Assembly (NCBI GenBank): GCA_051313645.2
Contig: JBNRSN020000015.1
Span: 44,640,001 to 44,704,000, forward strand
DNA from: Centroscyllium fabricii
Taxonomy: Eukaryota
Length of the DNA: 64,000 bases
Direction of reading: 5' to 3'
This document shows, piece after piece, positions 1 through 12,278 of the stretch. The notes under the pieces were generated by a model. That model did not search any database. It saw only the letters and a list, made by a program, of their open reading frames with translations, and was not told where the DNA came from. How positions within the stretch are numbered: the first letter of the stretch is position 1; every line of letters begins with the position of its first letter. Position numbers and translations under genes: made by a program.

Positions 1-1
1 G

Positions 2-51
2 CGAGTATATGGAACCATTGGATCAACGAGTATATGGAACCATTGGATCAA
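2..51. repeat. 25-bp tandem repeat, 2 copies (may continue upstream)
   Basis: CGAGTATATGGAACCATTGGATCAA twice, perfect. Confidence 0.9.
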
Positions 52-1392
52 CTTGCAATGGCTTTTTTCCCAATCCTGTATAGTACCATGCCCTAAGACT
101 TGCATTAATTGAAATACAGGTATAAGCATTCTTAAATGCAGATGATGATCTGGGACCTACCCTTCCCTTTAAATATTACTTTAGTCCTCCAGCTGTTTTC
201 TCAGCAGGAAATCTAAATCAGGCGTGCAATAGGTGCTTCCGTAATGAACTAATTAGAGAATGCTAACCAAATTTTGTATTTAATTTTAAATCAAGCCAAC
301 TTATTACCTGCCTTTTCAGTTGTTCATAGCAGGTGTATCCCAGCTTGCATCTTCTTGGGCTGCAGAGAAATGGATCATGGAGCTTCAGGGGTCGCGTGTG
401 TATTTAAATTCATGTTCCTATTAATTTGTACATATCAAAAAATGCTGATACAAACACATCTTGGTGTTCAGGTTTAGAATGTGCCCACCAATTTGCAACA
501 GCCTGTTCCAAAAGTCCAGCCTCTCAAAATTCAAACAGGACAAACCAAATAAGAAATATAATGGCAAATAGGACTGCGTTAGCTGGACTTCAAGGTGCAG
601 ATTGCCCGGTCTCGGGGATGGTTGGGCACACTTTACTCTAGGCTGCAGGCTGGACATCCCTGGTCTGCAGTTTTATTGGCCTGGTGAAGTGTATTTACTG
701 CTTGGAATGCCTGCTCGGTGAGCAGTGCTGTGGACCCAGAATCATGGCTGAGGCGAAAAACATTTTTAGGCTTGATAGCTCTTTCATAAATTAATTTATT
801 CTTTCTGTATAAAAATGTTGAGAGTGTGTCTTATTTCAATGTTCCAGGTGTCAAATGTATATGTGACAAATAAAGGTTGTCATTTTATTCTGAGGTTTAT
901 TATAGGTTGATTTCTGTTGGTGAGGGAAGGTTGCAGATTGAGCTGGAAATTTACAAGCATCTGGAGCGCCACAAATTTTCCTCGCCGACGGGAATTAAAT
1001 TCTAATTTATTTACAGCAATTAGACTCTGTGTCCTTAAACACAGCTCCAACGTACTTAGCAGTATGTCTGTTACATGGTATAATTATCTGGAATTTACAG
1101 CACAGAAACAGGCCATTCGGCCCAACTAGTCTATGCCAATGTGTATGCGCTAATCGAGCCTCCTGCCACTCTCCTTCATCTCACCCTATCAGCATATCCT
1201 TCTAGTACTTTCTCCCGGATGTACTTGTCTAGCTTCTCCTTAAATGCATCTATGCTATTTATTTATTGTATCAGAAAGTAACTTATTGGAACAGACTCTG
1301 TTAAGCTTCATCTGCTGATTATTATTATAAACTAGATGAGAAGGTAATTTTAAAATTAAAAACAACGAATAAATAAGTTAACTCAAATATAA

Positions 1393-1522
1393 TAGCAAAA
1401 TTCTGCGGATGCTGGAAATCTGAGATAACAACAGAAAACGCTGGAAAAACTCAGCAGACCAGGCAGCATCCGTGGAGAGAGAAACAGAGTTAACGTTTCA
1501 GGTCTGGGACCCTTCATCAGAA
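1393..1522 (-). mobile_element. Penelope pLTR fragment; similar copies at about 3087-3188, 22795-22870, 48890-49110 and 57578-57800
   Basis: gcaaaattctgcggatgctggaaatctgagataacaacagaaaacgctggaaaaactcagcag...gttaacgtttcaggtc...ccttcatcag is the reverse complement of the pLTR at 46265-46370. Confidence 0.8.
1490..1520 (-). ncRNA. Minimal hammerhead ribozyme motif (Penelope pLTR)
   Basis: Minus strand CUGAUGA-ag-GGUC-cca-GACC-u-GAAA-CGUUAA: both conserved boxes, stem II and a palindromic AACGUU stem III. Confidence 0.65.
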
Positions 1523-1805
1523 TAAGTTAATTCATTAGTTTTGAATGGATTTGCAAAATCCTTTTAGATCTATTTTTAAAATGTAAATTCTTACAAATGA
1601 ACTTAAAATGGTGTTCTGTGCTGCTGCTATTATAAGAGTTTCCTCTGAGCAATGCCACAGGAGATCTGCTCGTATTTTATGGAGATCTTTCTATTACTGG
1701 TTTATATCATTGTTTTGAATGAGAAAGCTGGAAGAAGGACTAACATCCTGAATACTGCTGACTGGCAGAATGTTGTGTTTTGCTGCCTGTTGCAGGTATG
1801 AGTTC

Positions 1806-2105
1806 ATAACATAAGAAATAAGAGCAGGAGTGGGCCATACGGTCCTTTGAGTCTGCTCCACTATTCAATAAGATCATGGCTGATCATCGACCTCAACTCC
1901 ACTTTCCTGCCCGAACTCCATATTCCTTGATTCCTCTAGAGTCCAAAAATCTATCTGTCTCAGCCTTGAATATATTTAAAGACTCAGCATTCACAGCCAG
2001 AGAATTCCAAAGATTCACAACCCTCCGAATGAAGAAATTCCTCCTCATCTCAGTCTTAAATGGCTGACCCCTTATCCTGAGACTATGCCCCCTAGTTCTA
2101 GACAT
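1806..2105 (-). mobile_element. CR1 3' fragment
   Basis: SRTRGHSLRIRGQPFKTEMRRNFF...VVNLWNSL plus 3'UTR. Confidence 0.88.
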
Positions 2106-3409
2106 ATCAGCATAGGGATTGAACCTTGAATCATCTTGGTCTGTAAAACTCAGTCCCACAACCAAGCAGTGTATTTACCCACTTAGCCTTGGGGGGAGCC
2201 CTGAAAGGGGTGTGGTTTAAGTTACTGGATTTATTTTTACATTCTCAGTAGTATTTCTGTAAAATCTGTAGCTGAAGTAAACATTTGTTTGTGGTTTGTG
2301 TAGGAAGGAATGTTAGCTAATATTGAACATTTTTGATTATTTTTGTGTCTGCTGGTGGTTGTGATTTCCCTGCAGTGTGGCGAGTATGTCCGGTGTTATA
2401 TAACTTCAGATGTGTAGATTATGTGTTTGACCGTGTCTTTGTAAGAGTGCCATTTGTCTTGTGCCATGTTGAGCTTGTTGATGACTTAATAGATTGCTGA
2501 AAACTTTGAATAAATCGTTCTGTCTGAAGAAGGAAGTGATTTCTACTCATTGCGTGGGAAGTGTACAGATTGTACTCGGACAGCAACAGATTCTGAAGAG
2601 CATCGTTCCTTACTCAAGACCTTGGATTTTCCATATAGCTTTGCACTCTGCTCTGATTCTCCTTTCCCCCCCCCCCCTCCCCCCAGCCTTTTTGTGCAGA
2701 GAATCTGGTCTCTGCAATCAAGCCTGCCTGGACGGGTTAGTGGAACTCCCTGTTTTTGGCACTTCAGTGAAGTGTAATGGTGGTGTGTGTAAAACACTTG
2801 CACTGTATCCATTTGAACTGTTAAGATGCCCATCGGTACAATTAGAGATTCTATCCTTCTACATGAGGATTGTGTCTGGAGAGAGCATTTTGTGTAACAC
2901 TGGGGTGAGGTACCAGTGATTACATGCCCATCACTGGTGGTGGGAGTAGTTTGAAGTGATGAATCAAAAATATCACACACACCATGCAACAAACTATAAA
3001 AGTGTGTTGGCTTAGAGTTCTTTTCCCCTTTAATATATTGGTACTTCCATACTAAATGAAACTGATGACAGTATTGAGTATTTTAAATAAAAACAGAAAA
3101 TGCTGGAAATACTCAGCAGGTCAGGCAGCATCTGTGGAGAGAGAAACAGAGTTACCGTTTCAGGCCGATGACCCTTCGTCAAAACAGAGTATTTTAAACA
3201 TCCCTTTACTAATTTCCATAGAGTGAGGTAGGGGGAATGCCAATTTGGCACTACAAGCAGAGTAACAGACATTGATATTCTAGGACTGGGTTGGATTAAT
3301 ATTAATTCATTTTCCCCTCCTTCAGTGACCTGATAGATCCTGTGTCGGATACACACCTGGTTGTGCTTAGCTGATCCAACCCCAGTCCTTATTAGTGATA
3401 ACAGTATTA

Positions 3410-4670
3410 CATGGAAACATAGAAGTTAGGAGCAGGAGTAGACCATTCGGCCCCTTGAGCCTGTTCCGCCATTTAATGCGATCATGGCTGATCATCTAAC
3501 TCCTTCTTGAATATATTTAATGAATTCGTCTCAACTGCCTTTTGTGGTAGAGAATTCCACAGGTTCACCACTCTCTGGGTGAAGAAATTCCTCCTCATCT
3601 CTGTCCTAAATGGCTTACCCCTTATCTTTAGACTGTGACCCCTGGTTCTGGACTCCCCTGCCATCGGGAACATCCTTCCTGCATCTAGTCTGTCTAGTCC
3701 TGTTAGAATTTTATAAGTTTCAATGAGATCCCCTCTCATTCTTCTAAACTCCAGCGAATATAAGCCCAGTCGACCCAATCTCTCCTCATACGTCATTCCT
3801 GCCATCCCAGGTATCAGTCTGGCGAATCTTCGGTGTACTCCCTCCATGGCAAGAACATCTTTCCTCAGATATGGCGACCAAAACTGCACACAATACTCAA
3901 GGTGTGGTCTCACCAAGGCTCTGTACAACTGCAGAAAGACATCCGTGCTCCTGTACTTGAATCCTCTCGCTATGAAGGCCAACATACCATTTGCCTTCTT
4001 AACCGCCTGCTGCACCTGCATGCTTACCTTCAGCGACTGGTGCACAAGGCCACCCAGGTCTCATTGCACTTCCCCTTCTCCCAATCTATTGCCGTTAAGA
4101 TAATAATCTGCCTTCCTGTTTTTGCCACCAAAGTGAATAATCTCGCATTTATCCACATTATACTGCATCTGCCCAATCACCCAACCTGTCCAAATCATAC
4201 TGGATTTTCTCTGCATCCTCATCACAGTACACAAGCGCACCTAGTTTTGTGTCGTCTGCAAACTTGGAGATATTACATCTAGTTCTCTCGTCCAGATCAT
4301 TAATATATATTGTGAATAGCTAGGGTCCTAGGACCGATCCCTGCTGTACCCCACTAGTCACTGCCTGCCACTCGGAAAAAGACCCGTTTATTCCAACTCT
4401 TTGCTTCCTGTCTGCCAACCAGTTCTCTATCCAAGTCAGTACCTTACCCCCAATCCCGTGAGCTTTAACTTTGCACGCTAATCTCTTATGTGGGACTTTA
4501 TTGAAAGCTTTCTGAAAGTCCAAATACACCACATCCACTGGTTCTCCCTCATCCATTCAACCAGTTACATCCTCAAAAAATTCCAGTAGATTAGTTGAGC
4601 ACGATTTACCTATTGTAAATCCATGTTGACTTTGTCCGATCCTGTCATTGTTTTCTAAGTGCTCTGCTAT
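3410..4670 (-). mobile_element. CR1 (HER1-like) LINE, 5'-truncated RT fragment
   Basis: VDVVYLDFQKAFNKVPH...VTSGVQQGSVLGP and LYRALVRPHLEYCVQFWSP...RRMRGDLIETYKIL; 3' end at about 3410. Confidence 0.93.
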
Positions 4671-5255
4671 TACTTCCAGGTTAGCTGCAGAGTTGAGCTC
4701 CTTCTATTCTGCTGCAACCCTAACCTCTACTTCAACCCCAACGTCTACTGCACCAGTGTGACATTTTTCAATTTCCCCACACATGCCATCTTGTGAAATT
4801 TTTAAGTGAGATTCCCAGTTAATACTGAATATGGGGCGATTTCATGCTGCTGGTCTGTATCTGCAAGAAAGCTGAGACTTCCCTGAACTCAATTCATGTC
4901 GTGGAACACACAACCAGTAGTGAGAGGAGACATTCTGTCCTGGACTTGAACCCAGGACCCAAAGCTGAAAGGCCGGAATCTCACTCATTGATTACAGTCA
5001 TTGACAATGCATTCTGATGATCACAACCTGTGTATTTCAGCAGCCTCAAATACAGCAAAATAAATGTTAATGTAATGCAACACAAACAAATCAGTATCAG
5101 TTTAAGCATCATGCCTCTTTTTGGCCAGTGCCTTTTGAACTGATCACCTCTCTCTCCTCTGTCTGGAAGTCTGCAGATGTCTGACTGGTTTAATTAAATT
5201 GCAGACATTAGCGGATTATTAGTTTCTGATCGTTGCTGGAAATCTTACATTGCAA

Positions 5256-6270
5256 TAGAAACAGAAGATGTTGGAAATACACACCAGGTCAGTCAGCATC
5301 TGTAAAGAGAACATACAGATTTCTGGTTGGGGGTGTACCCTTCATCAGAACTGAAGACTAAAAGATAAAAAGGTATTTTAGTAAGGTTTGAAAAACAGGC
5401 GAGAAGAGAGAATCAACAGTTACACCAATCGTGGAGAGTGAGTTAACGGATTGAAAGATTTGCAAGTTGCTGAATAGGAAATTGTTAGATGCTGTAAAAG
5501 ATCGCCAGAGAGGTGATAGAGAAACATAAAAGGGACAATAGAATGGGAATATAGTGGAGGATGAAAAGACATGGGAGGGGAATGAAGAAAGTGGGGGGGG
5601 GAAGCTGAAATTAAAAGTTGGTCCATCACCTGAGAAAAGGAAAAAAAATAGGTCAGTGCCGTGGGCACAGACTCCCACCCGCACTGTGTCCTGATAAAGG
5701 TTCTACACCTCAAATATTAATCTGCCTCCCCTCCCCTCGAACAGCGACTCCTGCTGCACTTGACCAGTGCATCCTATTGCAAAGAAAATGGAAGGTCTAA
5801 AATCAGTGTTCAGAGCAGAGAACTGCGGAGTGACAGCCCTGTTCCTGGGACTAGGGACAGGGTCACTGGCAAGGCTTGGAAGCTAAGCAGAGCCGGGCCT
5901 GGTTAGTACTTGGATGGGTGACCACCAGGGAATACCAGGTGCAGAAGGTCACGAAAGGAGCCCCGGGGAGGGGCAGTTGGCTGAAGATTGTTGGAATGAT
6001 GGGAAGGTGGAATGGCGGCGCGCACAGACGCAGCGGCTTTGCTGGACTCTTGGGAGCTTGCAAGATCACATTTCGTTGTTCATGTACTTGTACATTGTAT
6101 AATGACAATAAAAGTTGAATTATTATTGTTATTATTATTATGAGAGACTTTCTAAAGCTTGCACTCATTGGAACAGTGTAAGAGGCCGAAGACTGAGAGG
6201 TCAGAGTGGACGTTGAAGTGGCAAGACAGAGGGATGCTAGGGTAACATCTGCAGACAGAGTGGAGATGTG
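5256..6270 (-). mobile_element. Degenerate Penelope-like fragment interrupted by a 5S-derived SINE
   Basis: pLTR-like aaacagaagatgttggaaatac...acccttcatcagaactg; GIY-YIG C-terminal remnant at about 6140-6270 resembles 59630-59770. Confidence 0.55.
5876..6140 (+). mobile_element. 5S rRNA-derived SINE (SINE3-like) with AATAAA and (ATT)n tail
   Basis: ggaagctaagcagagccgggcctggttagtacttggatgggtgaccaccagggaataccaggtgc matches the 3' two-thirds of 5S rRNA (boxes A, IE, C), followed by a unique body and ttcgttg...aatgacaataaaagttga(att)n. Confidence 0.8.
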
Positions 6271-7254
6271 ACTTACATTGAAATTGAATTGAGTGACTTC
6301 AACATATATTTTTTGGCTGCCCCAATGGTTCAGTGGGTAAAAAAGCCACCTGATGTGCTACTGAGACATATAAACCCAAACGTTCCAGGTCTATGCTCAT
6401 CTGATCTCATTCAGCGTGTTGGTAGGGCGCTATAATTTGCCTCTGAATCTGGGCTGGAGATGAGAGAAAAATTGTGATCATAAGATATGGCAGACATGAG
6501 GTTATTTCTCGAAAATTGTGTGAAGCTGAATGGTCCTCGGCAGTAACCGCTGGATTAACAACCATGCAAAACTGAGGAGGCTATTTGAGCCTTAAACGGT
6601 CTTAACCTTTTGTGACTTTCCTAATAAGGCTCAGCATGTAAAATACTATAAACAAGGGGAAAACCCTGATTATTGAGAGTCCTGAAAATAGATGGTTCGT
6701 TGGTATAGTTGAAGAAAACATCTATAATTTAATTATTTTTTTCTCGTCCTTGGGGGTGAATAGTGAGATTTGACTGGTTTAGTGCCCAAACCAGTCAGTA
6801 TGGTTAAATTTTACAGCCAGGTTGAGCCACCTTGTGACAAGTCAGTCTGTAATGCACAGATTTTTTGTTGTTGTTCTTGTTCCATTCATGTCATTAGCCA
6901 TATTTAATGTGATGCTACCAATAAGCTTTAAAAAAAAAACTGCATTAGAGAAAATATACTTTAATATCAGTGATGCTTCTAATTCATCACCACAAATTGC
7001 TTCCATAGCCACTTGCTGTCTGTTCTTTTCTACTCCTTCACCTCCCACCCAAAAAAAGCTGTCATTGGTGATAGTTAAATGTGTAAAGGTAAAGATTCAC
7101 CCTGAGAATCAGACCTATATGTTTCTTTGTTCAGGGAACCTTGTGAAACAAACCCAGGTGTCAGCTGTGGCTCAGTGACGGAAGTTTGTGGGTGCAAGCC
7201 CCACTCCAGACTTGAGCGCAAACTCTAGGCTGGCACTTCAATGCAGCGCTCCGG

Positions 7255-7586
7255 GACTGGCGTGGTGCCGGTTTATCAAAAAGTCCGGATTACAGAGAGG
7301 TATAATAAAAGGTACGCGAGCCCCCGTACACGGCAACAAATCCAGGCTTCCTTGTTACTTAGCAACAGGTGCAAGATTCACAGCTAGAAATCCAGGCTTC
7401 CCAGTGCAAGAACCATGGCCACAAATTCGGGCTTCCCTGTTGCTTAGCAACAGGTGCAGGAACCCCGGTTACACAGCCACACATGCAGGAACGGCCACTA
7501 ATATGAAGTAAAACTTACCTGAACCTGAATTTTGCCAGTTAAGAGATTTCCGGTTATTTAGGTGCTGGTAAATCGAGAGTTTCCTG
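7255..7586. mobile_element. Partial Tigger/pogo-like MITE with internal 35-50 bp repeats
   Basis: Right end ...GGTGCTGGTAAATCGAGAGTTTCCTG|TA is pogo-like; internal repeats aaatccaggcttcc...gttrcttagcaacaggtgca. Left TIR not found. Confidence 0.55.
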
Positions 7587-8148
7587 TATGTATTTCTGAC
7601 CATTATATCGGGCTGTCAAACATCCACATGATGCTTGCTGGCCTGGGCCTGCACCTGCATCTCTTGGTAGGTCAGGAAACTTAAAATTAATAAATAGTCA
7701 GCTCCTTTCATGGGACAAATTAAACTGTTTCTAGCCCTTTGGATGGACTGAGAGAGTTTTCCTCACCTGTATCATGAGTGCCCAACCTGCAACCCATAGG
7801 TCACAGGTGGCTTCCAAGTTATGGTAATCTGTTCCTTGAAGCCCAGGCTACTCAGTTCTGCTTTCACTTAGATTTTTTATTTGCCGTTTGTCCTGTTTAA
7901 ATTTTCTGAGCTTGGAGATTTGTTGTGGCCTCTCTGGCGAATAAATCCTAAATAACACCAAGGTTTGTTAGCTGAATAGAGTTCACAAGAAGTCACAAAT
8001 AATCACCTTGTGAAAGACCCAACGTGGAAGATCCCTATCTTCGATCTTCAAAGTTTATGAGCAACCCTGTAGCGCATCCGCACAAACCAAGGCAGATGCG
8101 GATATTTCATCCTTGTATTTAAATATCTTCCTAACCTTGCCCCTCCCT

Positions 8149-10776
8149 GGCCGGAATTTTGCCCTAATGGCGGGGGATTGGTCGGGGCGGGTTTTTGTCC
8201 CACCCGATTAAGTGCCTGCGTTTCCCACGCGATTTTCGTCCAACGACCCAATTAATTCCCCGCCTGTGGGAAGACTTCCCAATCACCGATTTCCAGTCAG
8301 AAAGTCGCACAATATGACGTCAGGATTTGGGTTTTCTTTAATAAACACAGCTTGCCTCCTGCACTGCTCAGAGCTCTGCAACCTTCAGCAGGATGGCAGA
8401 ACGCGAGGGTGCTGCATCGGGCAGCGCGAGGGGACGACCCGCCCCCAAATTTGATGATGCCTCCCTCGACGCATTGCTCGAGGGGGCAACTACCCATAGG
8501 GAGGTTCTCTTCCCCTCCTCCGGGAGGAAGAGACCTCCCTCACAGACTAAGGCTGCATGGCAGCAGGTGGCTGAGGGGGTCAGCTCTTTGGGCACAACAC
8601 CCCGGTCTTGGCTGCAGTGTCGCAAGCGATTGCATGACCTTCATCGCACTGCCAGAGTAAGTATTCATTTCCCCTCACCCTCAATCTCATCCCCCTCACC
8701 TCTCCTCACCACAACTTATCTTCACCGCTCCCTTCCTCCACATCCCACTTGCCCATCACCTCCAAGCAACCTTACCCATTCCCTCTCTATGCTCACACTC
8801 ACGGTCCTTTCCCTCCATTCAGCCCTCACACTCCCTCTCACTCTCATGCTTGCTGCACATCTGGCACCACACAGGGAGAGCCTTTGGTCTTGCAGGCTCA
8901 CTGCATCTTTGTCACCCTACAGCAAACTTTGCTGGTCACTCGCTGCAACAACTCCTTCCTTCTCACTCAACCTCCACTTCTCTCCCTCATTGCAGGAAAA
9001 GACAGCCGCCAACAAGCGGCACAGCGCCGGGACCGGAGGAGGAGGACCCCCCACCATCCAGCAGCTCACCACCTGGGAGGAGGCAGTGCTAGACCTCGTT
9101 GGGGAGGGGCAAGCCCCGGGAGTGGGTGACGGCGGGGCAGGCAGGCAGGCAGGCAATCTCGAGCTGGTGACAGCATGGTTTAATTATTTCTCTAACAACT
9201 AACACATGAGACTGGCACAATGAATGTAAAAGCACTGCAGAGGCAGCTCTGCTCAGCTTCTGAATGCTATCTGTATGTAACCTTGCTGACATATCTCTAA
9301 CCTCTGCCTTTACTGCCCCATAGGCCCAGCCGCAGTTGGACGGACAACCAGAGATCAGCACCAGGCCACCCCTGTCCAGTCCTCAGAGGAACCTGCCACC
9401 TCTGAGGGTGCACCCTCAGCACCACAGACTCCACCCGGCACCAGCGCAGATACTAGCACCTCCGGTGGGCCCCCCTAGAGCTACATATGACTTGTCACCG
9501 GGTGATTCAGACCGCACTAGTGAGCCTCAGCAGATTGTGGAGACGGGGACAGCAGTGCATGTCGACACAGCGCCTTTGGATCCATCAGGCAGAGGACACA
9601 TGATGGGACTCCAGACACAGATGCAGGCGTCTCTGACAGGTTTTGTCTCCCAGGTAGCTGCGAGTGTCATGCGAATGGAGGAGTTTGTCGCAAGCATGAG
9701 AAGCGACCTTGCGGAGTCAGTGGCGCATGATCGCATCACCATGGAAAGGATGGCGAACACCATGGAAAGGATAGCGACCGTGGACGAGAGGATGGCCACG
9801 GCCATCGAGCACATAAGTCGCCAGTCTTTCGAAGACATGGGTACTGTCCACAATAGATACACATCTCTTGAGCAGCGAGTGGCATTTATTGAGCAGATGA
9901 CCCAGACCTTCATTGAAGTCCCTCTCAGTAGGACTTCCACTGCAGAAACGGGTCCCCATGGCCCCCCTGAAGTGCAGCAAGGTGCTGTCCAGCCACTTGC
10001 TGGCGCTGAGGGGGAGGTGACCCATGAGAGGGAGGTTGGTGGTGCAGCTGAAGGAAGTGGGGGCTCCTCTCCAAGCGCTCCCACGTCCACACCACTGCAG
10101 AGCCCTCGGTCAGAGGCCCGCCGGAGTCCCCATGCACCTGAGATGGAAGTCTCATACCCTGCCCAGCCGCAGGAGCATCAGGCTCCTGGTGTGGCTGCTG
10201 CTGTAGACGCATCTGCTCCTGGTAGAGATCATGCAATCCCAAGAAGGGAAGGAAGACAATGGCTCCCATGGCTGTGCTGGCAGCCTCGTCTGAGGAAGCA
10301 CTGAGGAGGGGGGGGGAAGTGAGAGGGCTTTCCCAGGTCACACTGCAGAAGTGTTTGAGGATTCAACCTTCCACAGGTGTGCTGAAGCCTGTTGCAAATA
10401 TCCCCAGAACTGAGAGAACAATGTGTTTGCGCAAGCGAATGATGGCTGATTAAATGTGAGCCTTCATTGAGTGACCGGACACAGATACTCAGCAGTCCCA
10501 CTGAGTTCACACAAGGGTTTCACCTGACGGGGTTTATCTTGGCGGGTTTTGTGCATGAAACACGTGAAAATTGCTACGGGCCCTTAAAATGGGATTACTG
10601 ATGCCAATTAAGGGCCCTTAACGACCTGAACAAGCAACCCCGCCGGGCGCCGGCGGGAAAGATTCGGGGCGGGAAAAAAGCCCGCACAAAAATTGAAATC
10701 CGGCGGGGAATGGGCGGGAACCAAAATTTTCTAATTTTCATCTCCCGCCCGACGGGGACATGAAAATTGCCCCCCC
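8149..10776 (+). mobile_element. Harbinger/PIF DNA transposon, internal-deletion derivative (Myb/SANT gene kept, transposase lost)
   Basis: Imperfect TIRs GGCCGGAATTTT / AAAATTGCCCCCCC. Both subterminal regions are homologous to the element at 34720-38939 (ccaattaattccccgc, tttccagtcagaaagt, cccttaaaatgggatta...aattaagggcccttaa). Confidence 0.85.
8393..10304 (+). CDS. Harbinger Myb/SANT-like (trihelix, MSANTD-type) DNA-binding protein; predicted exons 8393-8656, 8996-9166, 9324-10304, about 471 aa
   Basis: Exon 1 RPAPKFDDASLDALL...HREVLF...AWQQVAEGV...RSWLQCRKRLHDL is Myb_DNA-bind_5-like. Splice sites AGA|gtaagt, ttgcag|GAA, CTG|gtgaca and catag|GCC join in frame without stops. Heptad-like region MERMANTMERIA. 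Confidence 0.7.
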
Positions 10777-11744
10777 ATCTCTAACCCCCTTCAGCCTTAC
10801 ACTACCCCCTCCCCTCCAGAAATGTATTCCTCCGACTCTGGCCTCTTGTGCATTACCCCCTCATTTCATTGCACCATTGGTGGCTGTGCCTTCAGCCATC
10901 GAGACCCTACATTCTTCACCTCCCTCTCCTTCAAACCCATCTCTTTGTCACCCATCTAATCTCCATTTTTGTCTGATTACACCTCTATGAAGCACTTAAG
11001 GATGTTTTTCTATGTTAAGGCACTATATAAACAAGGTGTTGTTCATGCAGCCCACCCTGTTTACACAGGATAATTCTTGTAGCCTTCCTTTGCACTCTTT
11101 CTAATATGTATATGTCCCATTTGAAGTATGTCGACCAGAATTATGCATATTAATTGGATCTGACCCAGTAGAATCTCTAGATTTATACTGCACTGTTCTG
11201 GCTATGTATTCCAATATTCTACTTGCTTTTTTAATTACTTCTCCACATTGTTACAACACTGATAGTGACATCTTCTGTCGCTTTCAAACTCTTCCTCTGC
11301 CATTGTTATTCCCTTCATTGTGCACCTATGTTGCTCATTTTTTCTTCCAATATGCAGTACTTCGCATTTGCCAGTTTAAAATTTAATTTACCATTCATCT
11401 ACCCTGTTGTATAATGAACTTAAATCTTGAAAAATATTAACTGCATCCTCCATTCCCACTAAGGAATGTCAAACTTTTTTCCAGTCCCATCGTCTACCCT
11501 GGATTCCTAGGAATTTTAGTTTAATCAAGAGTATTTTGTGTAAAGCTTTTCCAAAAAACCTCGAAGTCCAAATAAAATAAATTGTAGGGATTCTACAGTC
11601 ATGATCTGCAGAATGATGACCTCCTGTGCTTTGAATGCTATGATTCTCGGATCTATTTTATTTATATGTAAAAATATCTTCAATGAAGTTGACTGTTTGT
11701 CAAGCTGTGCCTTCCCTCCTAAATCCATGATAAACACCATTGGC

Positions 11745-12130
11745 TTAGTGGGTAATGCACCATATGATGTGCTACCTAATCACCCTTAGCAGAGAGTTCC
11801 AGGCTACATCTGTTAGTTGATTTCACTTAGGGCAACAGTTAGGGTGGTATAATTATTCCTAGAGAGGGGGGGATAATCAGTCGGGTTTCCCACTTCAAAT
11901 CACTATCCAGTAACACCTGTTGGAAAGTGTACGTGTGGATATCAGGTGAGGAGAGAATTGTGGTTGGTTGTGATGCCCTCATTGTTGAAAAGCCTGCAAA
12001 CACTCACTGTCTCGGCTCACACAAAAAGAATGATTACTTGGGTTTGGCTTTGGCTTTGGAGGCAATCCAATGCCTTTGGAACCATGCCTCAGTATGACTC
12101 CGTCTCTTCAAGAGAGGAGACAACTGCAGG
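11745..12130 (+). mobile_element. Old unclassified tRNA-SINE-like repeat; further degraded copies at about 6320, 16050(-), 21300, 22920, 23380, 30870(-), 32040(-), 39620(-), 48170, 51090, 56960, 61395
   Basis: Recurrent motifs ctgtgctgagttagctgatctc, tcagccagggttcc...ctcctgatcact, ggacaggatc...ttggctgtgatgccc and catgaagaatggccacttgg in many diverged copies. Confidence 0.6.
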
Positions 12131-12278
12131 GAGAGGATAATACATACAGTGTGCTGAGGATTATATGGCCGCTACATCATATAATTGTGCAATGCACCAT
12201 AAATATTGTTAACCAGCCCATTGAATTTTACACGGAAAAAGGCACTGTCCTAAATGAAGTGTGTGGGATTTCTTTCAG

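Noticed and set aside
5876-5945. Functional 5S rRNA gene (also 48661-48756)
   Set aside because: 5' part is missing or diverged, there is no oligo-T terminator or tandem array, and both are joined to SINE-like tails.
8393-9202. Unspliced 269-aa Myb ORF
   Set aside because: Reads through a 339-nt pyrimidine-rich intron with strong splice sites; the equivalent intron in the sister element contains a stop.
1-12278. First coding exon of the host gene (expected MxxGVDxIDIYAD...EFNQ)
   Set aside because: Not found by eye; probably upstream of the window, though a short exon could have been missed.
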